Source: an uncultured Candidatus Peribacteria bacterium
Lineage (GTDB): Bacteria > Patescibacteriota > Gracilibacteria > Peribacterales > Peribacteraceae
Direction of reading: 5' to 3'
DNA length: 64,000 nucleotides
Assembly: GCA_964517585.1 (NCBI GenBank)
Contig: CAZFCB010000001.1
Span: forward strand, 1,891 to 65,890
The notes below the pieces were generated by a model that did not search any database, had not been told where the DNA came from, and saw nothing but the letters and a program-made list of their open reading frames with translations. Made by a program: the position numbers and the translations under genes. Below are positions 27,381-36,223 of this stretch, one piece after another; positions within the stretch are counted from its first letter, which is position 1; each line of letters opens with the position of its first letter.

Positions 27381-29732
27381 TTACCGAGGGAAACGTTGGC
27401 GCAGTTCCGCAAGCTGTTGCTGTGTGAGCACGGACAGTAAATCTGTATCCAAAGCTTCGATGACCCCATCTGCGGAACGAAAACGCTTCAGAAGTGCTGC
27501 ACGAGTGATGTCGCCGATGCCGGGTACTTCATCAAGTTTGGAATGCGTCATCGCACGATCGAGACGTTTCTCGCGACGAGCATTGGCAAATCGATGCGCT
27601 TCATCACGGACGCGCTGCAAAAGAAATCGTGCGGGAGAATCTTTCGACACGACAAGAGAATCTGACTGTCCTGGCAAAAATATTTCCTCCTCGCGCTTCG
27701 CAAGACCAGCTACCGGAATCTTGAGCCCGAGTGCCTCCAGCGCCTCTGTTGCAGCCGAGAGCTGTCCTTTCCCACCATCAATGAGGAGGAGATCTGGTAC
27801 CGAAAGAAATGACTCATCCATTTTATTTTTCGATACTTCGTACGCCAAAATAATGCCAGGTTGGTGATCTGGATGTTCTGCATGAAATCGTTCTTCTTTC
27901 TGAGTTAAGACACTCGGAGGCGTGTGAAGATGATGAAAACCAAGTTCCGCGTAATATTCTTCCAGATGTGGCAGTGCATCAATAATCGTGTACACCTTGC
28001 CCTTCTTCAATTTGGACAGCAGTGATTTTGAAAGGATGTGGCCAATTTTTTTCCCACGGAAATCCTTATGAACCCACACTGATTTTAATTCAAGAATATT
28101 GTCTTCTTCATGCATGTACAGACTCGCGGTTGCGACAATACGATCCTGTGATCTGGCAACAATAAAATCTTCATATTCAATCTTCTCCGGACTCAAGCGT
28201 GGCTCAGACATGATGATTTCCTCAATGATTTTTTGATCTTTTTTCTTTGCTTTTCCAACCTCGATATTATCAGCGTACAGGCGTGCAATTGAAGTTTTGA
28301 GATCATCTGTAAGGTAACGCAAGCGCCGACGAAGTGTTTCTTTGATGGATTTGTAATCATCGATGGCTCCCTCTTGTACCGTTTGCATGTTAAAACTCCG
28401 GTAGTGTTCTCGCTTCGGTTTTCCGTTCACGAACACGACCATGCTCCCGACAGTTGCCGTTCCACCAAGGTGTGAGATGTCGTACCCTTCTATTCTTCGT
28501 GGAGGCGAGGAAAGATGGGCGAGCGATGCAAGTTCCCTCAATGCTTCTTCTACAGTTTTACTCTCAGCCTCCCACGCTGCAAATTGCTGTTGTACTTTTT
28601 CCTCAGCATTTCTTTCGGCCATCTCAAGGAGTTTGGATTTTTTGCCACGCTCAGGGATAACAGTCCTCACGATTCTTCCGTGTCGCTGACCAAGCCATGA
28701 TGTCAATAATTCTGCTTCAGGGAGCGATTCGCCGAGGATGATGACATCAGGAATATCCTGAGTATTCTCATAATACTGTGGCAAAAATTGTGCCATTGCT
28801 TCACGAGCTGTTTCAGCTTCTCCACGGAGTGCAAATGCCAATTGTTCAATAACTTTTCCGTCTCGTTCCCGAAGCATGACCACCTGAATCTTTCCGTGAC
28901 TCAGAGCAATGCCGAAGATGTCGGCATTTTCACCGGAAGCATCCGAAATAATTTGTCGTTTTTCTAGGTCTTCTATGAACCGTACAACATCCCGAAACTT
29001 TGCCGCTCGTTCAAATTTCTTCTCCGTTGCCGCCAGTTGCATCTGTTCATGTGCTTTCTTTTTCACGGAATCAACGTTGCCACGGAAAAATTTCTCAACG
29101 GCGGAAACTCGCTCGGCATATTCTTCTCTCGTCACAGTATCGATGCACAGTCCGCTGCATTTCCCTATTTGATAATCCAGACAAGGAGTATGAGAAGTTG
29201 CCGCACACGACTCAGCGCCATGATTTAAAGCATCTAGCGACTTCTTGCATGATCGAAAATGAAGAAGCGAATCGAGCATGTCAATTGTCTCGTTCGTACT
29301 TCTGGCACCCAGAAATGGCCCGAAGTACTTTGCTCCGTCACTCTCCAATTTTCGAACAACATCAATACGCGGATATCTCTCCTGCAGGGACATCCGGACG
29401 TACACGTATCCTTTGTCATCTTTGAGTAAGACGTTGTACTTTGGCTGTATTTGTTTGATCAGATTGGACTCAAGGATAAACGCCTCAAGTTCGCTACGAA
29501 CAACTGTCACATCGAAATCAGCAATGTGTCGAACCATCATGTCGGTCCACGGCGATCGTTTGACGCCATCCTGTACGTATGTTGTCATGCGCTTGCGAAG
29601 ATTCTTGGCCTTGCCCACATACAACACATTTTTCTCTGCATCAAGCCAACGATACACGCCAGGTTCAGAGGGGACTTTTGCCACTCTCTTGCGGAGAACC
29701 GTCTGCCGAGACTCAGATGTTGGTGCCTTCAC
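27381..29732 (-). CDS. uvrC: excinuclease ABC subunit UvrC carrying an inserted GNAT-like domain
   Basis: GIY-YIG (GVYRWLD..VLYVGKAKNLRKR), UVR, endonuclease (IEGYDISHLGG, LLLIDGGKGQL) and (HhH)2 domains. 783 aa against about 600 usual. The extra ~170 aa lie between RRRLRYL and PDLLLIDGG. Confidence 0.9.
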   Translation of the reverse strand: MKAPTSESRQTVLRKRVAKVPSEPGVYRWLDAEKNVLYVGKAKNLRKRMTTYVQDGVKRSPWTDMMVRHIADFDVTVVRSELEAFILESNLIKQIQPKYNVLLKDDKGYVYVRMSLQERYPRIDVVRKLESDGAKYFGPFLGARSTNETIDMLDSLLHFRSCKKSLDALNHGAESCAATSHTPCLDYQIGKCSGLCIDTVTREEYAERVSAVEKFFRGNVDSVKKKAHEQMQLAATEKKFERAAKFRDVVRFIEDLEKRQIISDASGENADIFGIALSHGKIQVVMLRERDGKVIEQLAFALRGEAETAREAMAQFLPQYYENTQDIPDVIILGESLPEAELLTSWLGQRHGRIVRTVIPERGKKSKLLEMAERNAEEKVQQQFAAWEAESKTVEEALRELASLAHLSSPPRRIEGYDISHLGGTATVGSMVVFVNGKPKREHYRSFNMQTVQEGAIDDYKSIKETLRRRLRYLTDDLKTSIARLYADNIEVGKAKKKDQKIIEEIIMSEPRLSPEKIEYEDFIVARSQDRIVATASLYMHEEDNILELKSVWVHKDFRGKKIGHILSKSLLSKLKKGKVYTIIDALPHLEEYYAELGFHHLHTPPSVLTQKEERFHAEHPDHQPGIILAYEVSKNKMDESFLSVPDLLLIDGGKGQLSAATEALEALGLKIPVAGLAKREEEIFLPGQSDSLVVSKDSPARFLLQRVRDEAHRFANARREKRLDRAMTHSKLDEVPGIGDITRAALLKRFRSADGVIEALDTDLLSVLTQQQLAELRQRFPR

Positions 29733-29774
29733 AGAATTATCCTACCGCGAAGCACCGAACGACTCCTATACTTC

Positions 29775-30587
29775 ATGCACAATTCCATGTCGTCTCCCAC
29801 TCCACTCATTTCGGCAATCGTCCTGAATTACCGTTCACCCCGTGACACGGTGAAGTGCGTACAAGCGCTCAAGAAACAAACAATAGCAGACAGCATGGAA
29901 ATCATTGCGATCGATAATCATTCGAATGATGAATCTATTGGGTTTATGCGCGCGCAACTTTCCTCGCTCCATGAGGTACGGATTGTGGAAGAAAGACAAA
30001 ACCTTGGATATGGACGGGGGAATAATGCGGCAGCCAAACTTGCACGTGGCGAGTATCTCCTCATCCTCAACCCTGACAATGTCCTTCCGCCCGATGCGTG
30101 CGAAAAAATGCTTGCAGCACTCACGAGTGATCCAAAGATTGGTGTTGTTGGACCAGGGCTCATCTATCCAGATGGATCTATCCGTCCATCAGCACGAAGG
30201 TTTCCGAAGCCGATGGATTTACTCCAAAAAAGGTTATTCCCGAGCGCCTGGCATGCAGCATATGATGCAGAACGCCAACGACTACTATCAGCTTCTGCAG
30301 TTGATGTGGACTGGCTTGTAGGAGCATGCTTGTTGCTTCGCACTGATCTCTATAAGGAACTCGGCGGATTTGACGAACGTTTTTTTCTCTTCTTTGAAGA
30401 CATTGATCTCTGCCGCCGGATTCACAACATGGGCAAGAGCGTGATGTACATGCCTGATGTGCAAGTGCTCGACAGAAAAGGTCGCCTGAGTGGTAGTAGT
30501 ATCTTTTCGCTCTTCACGAGAAAAACTACCCGCATACATCTTGCAAGTGCTCTGAAGTATTTTTGGAAATGGAGATGGAGCGTGTAG
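29775..30587 (+). CDS. family 2 glycosyltransferase
   Basis: ISAIVLNYRS, AIDNHSNDES, NLGYGRGNN, FFEDIDLCRR. The upstream part of the track ORF (29451-) overlaps uvrC and is rejected. Confidence 0.85.
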   Translation: MHNSMSSPTPLISAIVLNYRSPRDTVKCVQALKKQTIADSMEIIAIDNHSNDESIGFMRAQLSSLHEVRIVEERQNLGYGRGNNAAAKLARGEYLLILNPDNVLPPDACEKMLAALTSDPKIGVVGPGLIYPDGSIRPSARRFPKPMDLLQKRLFPSAWHAAYDAERQRLLSASAVDVDWLVGACLLLRTDLYKELGGFDERFFLFFEDIDLCRRIHNMGKSVMYMPDVQVLDRKGRLSGSSIFSLFTRKTTRIHLASALKYFWKWRWSV

Positions 30588-30683
30588 AAAGTAGCGGTAA
30601 GAAGGTGGCAGTTAGAAGGTAGAAAACGACGCAATTCCCTACGCGCTCACCGCTAACCGCTCTCTCAAAGTACTTTTTGTAGC

Positions 30684-30712
30684 TTGACCACGCGCCAAAC
30701 CATGTTTACAGT
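30684..30712 (+). promoter_or_regulatory. candidate promoter of rplY (TTGACC, 17-nt spacer, TACAGT)
   Basis: The -10 box ends 9 nt before the ATG at 30722, implying a leaderless or near-leaderless mRNA. Confidence 0.4.
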
Positions 30713-30721
30713 ATCCCGGCT

Positions 30722-31414
30722 ATGAAGAAGGCTATTCCACTATCGGTGAGTAATCGTTCTACGACGCACAGCGCGAAAGATTTGCGTAAGGCCGGCGATG
30801 TTCCTGGCGTCATGTATGGAAACACGATGAAAAATACGTCTATCCAGTGCAACGCCAAAGAGCTCCATGGCGTGTATGTAAAAGCTGGAGAAAATAATCT
30901 CGTAGATGTGGAGATAGAAGGCAAGAAGGTCCCCTGTCTCATCCATGCAATCACCTTTGATCCTGTCACGAGTGCATACGAACATATCGATCTCTACGCT
31001 GTTGATATGTCCAAGAAGGTTACAACCAATATCCCTGTCGTCTTTGAAGGCGAATGCCCAGCCGTCAAAAACCATGGCGGCATTCTTTTGACAGTACACA
31101 GCCAACTGGAAGTGACGTGTTTGCCATCGGATATTCCAGAAAGTTTCATCGTAAATTTGACGGTTCTCGAAAACATTCACGATTCCATTACGATCGCCAA
31201 GCTCCAAGTCCCGCAGGGTGTAGTCATTACGAAGGCACCAGAAACAGCTATCGTCATCGTGCAGGAGCCACGCAAAGAGGAGGTGATCGAAGTCGTCACT
31301 CCTGGCGCAGCAGATGCTGCCGCTGTAACAGGCGCAGATGCAGCAGCTCCTGCTGGCGCTGGCGAACCAGCAGCCGATACAAGCAAAGATGTAAAGGCTC
31401 CAGCAAAAAAATAG
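30722..31414 (+). CDS. rplY: 50S ribosomal protein L25/Ctc with Ala-rich C-terminal tail
   Basis: KDLRKAGDVPGVMYG, two-domain Ctc-form length. Tail AADAAAVTGADAAAPAGAGEPAAD. Confidence 0.88.
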   Translation: MKKAIPLSVSNRSTTHSAKDLRKAGDVPGVMYGNTMKNTSIQCNAKELHGVYVKAGENNLVDVEIEGKKVPCLIHAITFDPVTSAYEHIDLYAVDMSKKVTTNIPVVFEGECPAVKNHGGILLTVHSQLEVTCLPSDIPESFIVNLTVLENIHDSITIAKLQVPQGVVITKAPETAIVIVQEPRKEEVIEVVTPGAADAAAVTGADAAAPAGAGEPAADTSKDVKAPAKK

Positions 31415-31483
31415 ATCGGGGAACAATTGGACTACAAAAAAACCACCGTGATGAACGATGGCTGGTGTTTGATCAGTTCTTTT

Positions 31484-31849
31484 TTACACTTCACGCTTCG
31501 ACCTCTTCATTCTCCGACTGGCGATACGAGCGCGCGTGCGACCTGAATGCATTTCTTTATACTTCTTAATTTGATCTTCAAGTTTCTCAATACAACTGTC
31601 TAAGGCTTCGAGCGGTGTAAACTTTCGTGATTCAACACGAAGAATTTTCTTCGGTAGATGGACGGTGACCATGACTTTCACCTGATCACGGTCTTTTTTC
31701 GTATCGCGCTTCTCAGATTCAACACGAATACTTGATCCATCATCTTTCAGAAAACGGCAGTATGTTGCGAGTTTTCCGATTTTTTTTGCGAGGAGAATAA
31801 GTTCTTCGTCGTTATAACGAACGCCTTTCTCGAAGTGTTCAACATGCAT
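31484..31849 (-). CDS. hpf: ribosome hibernation factor / RaiA (S30AE) family protein
   Basis: ..VMVTVHLPKKILRVESRKFTPLEALDSCIEKLEDQIKKYKE matches the S30AE C-terminal pattern. The track ORF extends to 31906. Confidence 0.6.
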   Translation of the reverse strand: MHVEHFEKGVRYNDEELILLAKKIGKLATYCRFLKDDGSSIRVESEKRDTKKDRDQVKVMVTVHLPKKILRVESRKFTPLEALDSCIEKLEDQIKKYKEMHSGRTRARIASRRMKRSKREV

Positions 31850-31961
31850 GAGGAAATTGCGGGAAAAGAGTACAAGTACACTACCAGAGGGGCGGATCAG
31901 GGGCATCTTCCAAAAAGTCTGGTTTTACGGTATAATATTAACGAAAACACACATTCATTCC

Positions 31962-32177
31962 ATGGATCTCCAAACCCTATCCCAAAAAATACGTTTGAGC
32001 CGTTTACTCACGGAGTCTGAACGTGCCTATTGGGTAGGCAACCTGCCTCAGATGACGGAAGAACAACTGCTGTCATTAGAAACAATACTACAGGAGGCAC
32101 AGGCTCTTTCGTGGAATACCGAGATGCAAACCTATATGTCCATTGCTACCAAAGCTTCAACGGCTCTCGCCGCATAA
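31962..32177 (+). CDS. hypothetical small protein (71 aa)
   Basis: ATG preceded by TATAAT at 31931-31936. First gene of a co-directional block. Confidence 0.4.
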   Translation: MDLQTLSQKIRLSRLLTESERAYWVGNLPQMTEEQLLSLETILQEAQALSWNTEMQTYMSIATKASTALAA

Positions 32178-32193
32178 TTTCTCCTCATATTTT

Positions 32194-33297
32194 ATGACCG
32201 AAAACACACCAAACGAAAACATGAAGAATTCTCCAGAAGTTCCAGAGACACCTGTAACCCCACAAGAAGCACTCTTGAAATTGCAGGAGCACGTCGAGCA
32301 AGGTCGATTTGATGCACTCGTGGATGATCTCATGGGAAAGGCAGCTGAGAAAAAAGAAGTACCAGCTGCGCAGATTGATGCTTTCGTAACATCTCTCAAT
32401 GCAGAGCAGATGAGCGCACTTGAAAACTTTCTTGCAGGAAAACCTGCAGACACTCGTGCAAGTGCACTACGCGCAAGACTCCAGCAAGTGACAGTGGCAG
32501 GCAGTGCTCCTGTTATTTCTGACAGACCTGCAGAAGGGCAAGAAACTCTGTCTGAGCCTGCTAGAAAAGTAAACGATGCTCTCGACAAGGGTATTCAGCG
32601 CCTGTTTGCAGGTGGAAAACTCAATGAGTTTGCTGCAAAAATTGGCATCAAGGAAATCGGACCCGATCAGTTGAAGTTCGTGAAGAGCTTCTTGCTCGGA
32701 TACGCCGCAAAATTATTTGAAGGTGTCGTACTCTCGATAAAGAAAATAAATCCAGGTACCAATGTTACGTCCATGCTCAATCTGCCACTTGAGCTTAGAC
32801 TCCTAGAAATTCCTAAAGCTGAAGACCGAGCAAAATATAAGGCACTCTACCTAGAACGTCTTGGAAAAGGATTGGAAGCACCAACGCTGGATGAAGCTTT
32901 GAACCCGCAGGTTGCTCAGTCTCCCGTTACACAGCCCGCATCGAAACCAGCTGAAGTAGCTCCTACCACCGTACCAGTCGACAATAAAATCACGGATGCG
33001 AAGCGTACTATACAGCTCGGAGATGGAACAAGTTTTACTCTGACTCGAAGCAACAGCAAGACGATAGTGACCGCTGCTGGAAACACTGTCGAAGCCAAAG
33101 TTGCAGGAAAAGAAGTTGAAGATGTATTCGCAAACGATGCGAATGACAAAGAAAAAGCTGTCGTGACATTCAAACTCGTCGACCGTTTGATAAAGGTCGA
33201 CGCTGATGCTCTCCAGAAAGCGGTACAGAACAAAGAGAAGGTTCTCACAACTGAGGATGGAACAAAGATTGAACTTCTTGAAATCAAAAACGCATGA
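32194..33297 (+). CDS. hypothetical protein (367 aa)
   Basis: Long ORF with protein-like composition. ATGA overlap with the next gene. No family recognised. Confidence 0.6.
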   Translation: MTENTPNENMKNSPEVPETPVTPQEALLKLQEHVEQGRFDALVDDLMGKAAEKKEVPAAQIDAFVTSLNAEQMSALENFLAGKPADTRASALRARLQQVTVAGSAPVISDRPAEGQETLSEPARKVNDALDKGIQRLFAGGKLNEFAAKIGIKEIGPDQLKFVKSFLLGYAAKLFEGVVLSIKKINPGTNVTSMLNLPLELRLLEIPKAEDRAKYKALYLERLGKGLEAPTLDEALNPQVAQSPVTQPASKPAEVAPTTVPVDNKITDAKRTIQLGDGTSFTLTRSNSKTIVTAAGNTVEAKVAGKEVEDVFANDANDKEKAVVTFKLVDRLIKVDADALQKAVQNKEKVLTTEDGTKIELLEIKNA

Positions 33298-34646
33298 GCA
33301 CGATCGATATTCTGCCGGCAGCAAAACTGGCCGAAGCCATGAAGGCTCCGCCAGATGCGCTGACCGAAACGCAGATTGCAGCAAGCTCACTTGATGATCT
33401 GGACGCTGCTGCGAAAATTATCGAGGAAAAAAACTATGTGATCAATGAAAAAGCGCGAGAACGTATACGTGCACGATTTGAAATACTAAAAGGTTTAGAA
33501 AAAACTGACGAGGCGCTGGCGAATCTTTACAAGCGCGTTCACCTCATGCGCTTACTGGAAATAAAAGCATCTGTTGCACCAGCACCATCGAGAATGGACT
33601 TCGTCGCATCTCTCCTGAGTGGTGCCGCAGCAAAGACAGAAGGCATCCCCGTCATCGGTTTCGTCACAAGCTTCTTTAAAGATATGAAGGGTCGTTCCAT
33701 TGAACGTGCATGGTTCAACGTTCTTGCAACATTTGAGAAGAATCCAGCTGTTGCCAGCGCTACCAGTAGTGTGGTTCTTGGGCCAATTGGATCGATGGTG
33801 GGTCTTCTTGGAATAAACTTCGGCGCACGTGAACGTCTGCTGACATTCGATATTCAGGATGCAATCGCCGCAGAAAAAATAGCAAGTGAGAAAATATCAT
33901 TCTCAGGAGTTGCCAAGGGAGATTTAGAAAAATTCAAAGACAAACTTGCAAGCGTGAATATTATGAGCGCGACAACACAATATGTACGTGACCAGCGCAA
34001 ACTGCTCCCGTCTGGCACTGAGATCATAGTTTCGCTGGAAGCGATACTGAATACCGAGAAAACACAGGCTGACATCGTCCAGAAAGAAGTGACGAGAAAA
34101 AAGAATATTGTCATAGCACAATGGAAGCCACTCGATATCTCCGAAGTTACATTCGGAACAACAGTCAGCGCGAAGAAAAACGGTACAGGCCGGTTTGAGA
34201 TCACAGTACCAGAGGGAGAACTCGCAGACGGATCCCCCTCTTCAACCGCAACAAAGACGCTGCAGCTCGCGATGACAACTCTCAGTAATGCAAAAGAGAT
34301 CAGCATCGTTCCAGAGACTGAATCTCTGACAATCGACACTCGCGCAAAGAGCATCAAGATTCCTGCGGATTCTATGGACATCACACCGTCTCTCAATGGT
34401 GCATTCTCCGTGACGCAGAGTCGTCTCGGCACCATTGTTTTTGATGACAGCGAATTGTCATCCACAACAATGCAGGCAAAATTCGTGCCGAAAACGTTGC
34501 TCCTCGGCTCCAATTCAGAGCGCATGACATCACTCGATCACCTCTCTGGTCTGTGCTCACTCTTGAGCGATGCGACGTCAGGTGATCTCTTTGTCTATAA
34601 CGGTGGATCCTGGAGGCCGTCGACTCCGACTCCTATTTCGGCTTAA
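33294..34646 (+). CDS. hypothetical protein (450 aa)
   Basis: Central hydrophobic stretches (IPVIGFVTSFF, VVLGPIGSMVGLLGINF). No family recognised. Confidence 0.6.
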   Translation: MSTIDILPAAKLAEAMKAPPDALTETQIAASSLDDLDAAAKIIEEKNYVINEKARERIRARFEILKGLEKTDEALANLYKRVHLMRLLEIKASVAPAPSRMDFVASLLSGAAAKTEGIPVIGFVTSFFKDMKGRSIERAWFNVLATFEKNPAVASATSSVVLGPIGSMVGLLGINFGARERLLTFDIQDAIAAEKIASEKISFSGVAKGDLEKFKDKLASVNIMSATTQYVRDQRKLLPSGTEIIVSLEAILNTEKTQADIVQKEVTRKKNIVIAQWKPLDISEVTFGTTVSAKKNGTGRFEITVPEGELADGSPSSTATKTLQLAMTTLSNAKEISIVPETESLTIDTRAKSIKIPADSMDITPSLNGAFSVTQSRLGTIVFDDSELSSTTMQAKFVPKTLLLGSNSERMTSLDHLSGLCSLLSDATSGDLFVYNGGSWRPSTPTPISA

Positions 34647-34657
34647 CCCTTTTTTCT

Positions 34658-35260
34658 ATGGAAGCATCTGTCGACAAACTAAAAGAAAATCCCATCGCAG
34701 TACCGGAAGACAAGCGTGCAGCTCTCGCTGCACTTTCAAGTAGAATCGCACGAGAGGATCCTGTATCAGCGACGAAGCTGAATAGTGTTGATAGTAAACC
34801 CGATGTCTTGGAAGGTCTGCGAGGACTAAGGCAAATGGTCGAAAGCGGACGCGTGACCAGTGTCACACAATTCGAGGTCGATGCCATCCGCGACTCCATC
34901 GAGGCAGCGCCTATGGGCCTCAGTACTCGTCCAGCTGAACAGCTGGCCCAAAGAGGCCTCGATGCTTTCAGCACCTTGAATCCTGGAGTGAAACAGGCTG
35001 CAATTGGTGCAACTGTGGTTGGCGGTGGAATCCTTGGATTGATGGGGGCCAACAAATTTTTTGGCGGAGCAAAAAAAACGATCATACAAGCATGGGACAA
35101 AACGTTGGATCTTGGGGAAGCAGGCCTAAAGAAGGCAGGAAGCCTTTTCTCGTGGCTTCTCAAAACTGCAGCGTACGCGGGAGCTGGTGCACTCACAGTT
35201 ATGGGCGTGCAGCACGTGATGAAAGGCAAAGCTCCAACGGAGACGCCACCAACTGTCTGA
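34658..35260 (+). CDS. hypothetical membrane protein (200 aa, two Gly/Ala-rich TM segments)
   Basis: AAIGATVVGGGILGLMGA and LLKTAAYAGAGALTVMGV. Confidence 0.55.
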   Translation: MEASVDKLKENPIAVPEDKRAALAALSSRIAREDPVSATKLNSVDSKPDVLEGLRGLRQMVESGRVTSVTQFEVDAIRDSIEAAPMGLSTRPAEQLAQRGLDAFSTLNPGVKQAAIGATVVGGGILGLMGANKFFGGAKKTIIQAWDKTLDLGEAGLKKAGSLFSWLLKTAAYAGAGALTVMGVQHVMKGKAPTETPPTV

Positions 35261-35275
35261 GAGTAGAATGGAACC

Positions 35276-36070
35276 ATGTCTCTCTCGTACTCGCAGCTCT
35301 CACTGTATCGTCGCTGCCCAAAACAATATGAATTCGGCGTGGTGAAAAAAATCAGTCGCCCAATCAGCGCCGGTGAAAGTTTCGGCAGTAGCATTCATAA
35401 CACGCTGAAGCGTTTTGGTGCATTAGAGATGAGATTATCGAGGGCGCATGATCACGAAAAACCACTACAACTCTTTACCGATGAATCTGCGCACGATATG
35501 CCGACAGAACTAACACTCACGACACTGCTGACCATGTGGCGAGAGTGCTTCATCGCACAAGGATACGACTCTCAAGCTGAGATGGATCTGAAGCTTGAAG
35601 AAGGTACGCGAGCACTACGCCACTACTTTCATTGGTGGAGTACACGAGCACGAAACGTTCTGTGCATCGAAAAAAGTTTTACGTTTGCCATCGAAGGATC
35701 TCCCGAAAAGCTGAGTGGCCGCTTTGACCGCATCGAAAAAAATGACGATGGCCTACACATCATCGACTTCAAATCCTCAAGCCCACGAATGCCTGAGGAA
35801 ATCGCAACCGATCTACAGCTTTCTGTCTACGCACTGGCAGCACGAGACGTGTGGAAAGAGCCTGTTATTGCGCTCACACTCCTGTTTCTGACGGCAGACG
35901 GCGTCGTAGAGCAAAGTACAACGAGGTCTGAGTCGGAGCTCAAAGATGCCCTCACAAGCATCCGGCTCTTATCCGAACGAATTGGTGCAAAGGATTTTGT
36001 AGCAACGCCCTCCAGAGATAAGTGCACGTACTGTCCCTACAAAAATATTTGTCGTTTTAAAATAATCTAA
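35276..36070 (+). CDS. PD-(D/E)XK nuclease, Cas4/AddB-like with a 4-Cys cluster
   Basis: YSQLSLYRRCPKQYEF N-terminus, RFDRIE..GLHIIDFKSS (D..D/ExK), QLSVYALA (QhxxY), C-terminal CTYCPYKNIC. Confidence 0.8.
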   Translation: MSLSYSQLSLYRRCPKQYEFGVVKKISRPISAGESFGSSIHNTLKRFGALEMRLSRAHDHEKPLQLFTDESAHDMPTELTLTTLLTMWRECFIAQGYDSQAEMDLKLEEGTRALRHYFHWWSTRARNVLCIEKSFTFAIEGSPEKLSGRFDRIEKNDDGLHIIDFKSSSPRMPEEIATDLQLSVYALAARDVWKEPVIALTLLFLTADGVVEQSTTRSESELKDALTSIRLLSERIGAKDFVATPSRDKCTYCPYKNICRFKII

Positions 36071-36078
36071 AAACCTAA

Positions 36079-36218
36079 GGCATTGGATAACTTTATACAC
36101 AGGGATGGCGCGCGCAGCAGTGGGGGGCTGCGGGTAAACCTCGTCCGCCTCAGCGGACAGGCGGGGTGTCTGCGCGCACGCGTTTTTTGGTCCTTTTTGC
36201 CGCTTGGGCAAAAAGAAC
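36079..36218 (+). repeat. structured intergenic element, copy 1 of 3
   Basis: Alignable with 41046-41189 and 49895-50037. Starts 9 nt after the nuclease stop and ends 6 nt before the convergent VIT1 stop. Confidence 0.8.
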
Positions 36219-36223
36219 AAATC

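Noticed and set aside
29451-29774. N-terminal extensions of track ORFs: GT2 from 29451, folE from 50004, aguB from 59168, thyA to 62720, folA to 61802, hpf to 31906, pyrD to 25067, SLH protein to 5834, 8611-9120, 62451-.
   Set aside because: The extensions overlap neighbouring genes or the repeat element and are not protein-like. Homologous N-termini begin at the internal Met in each case.
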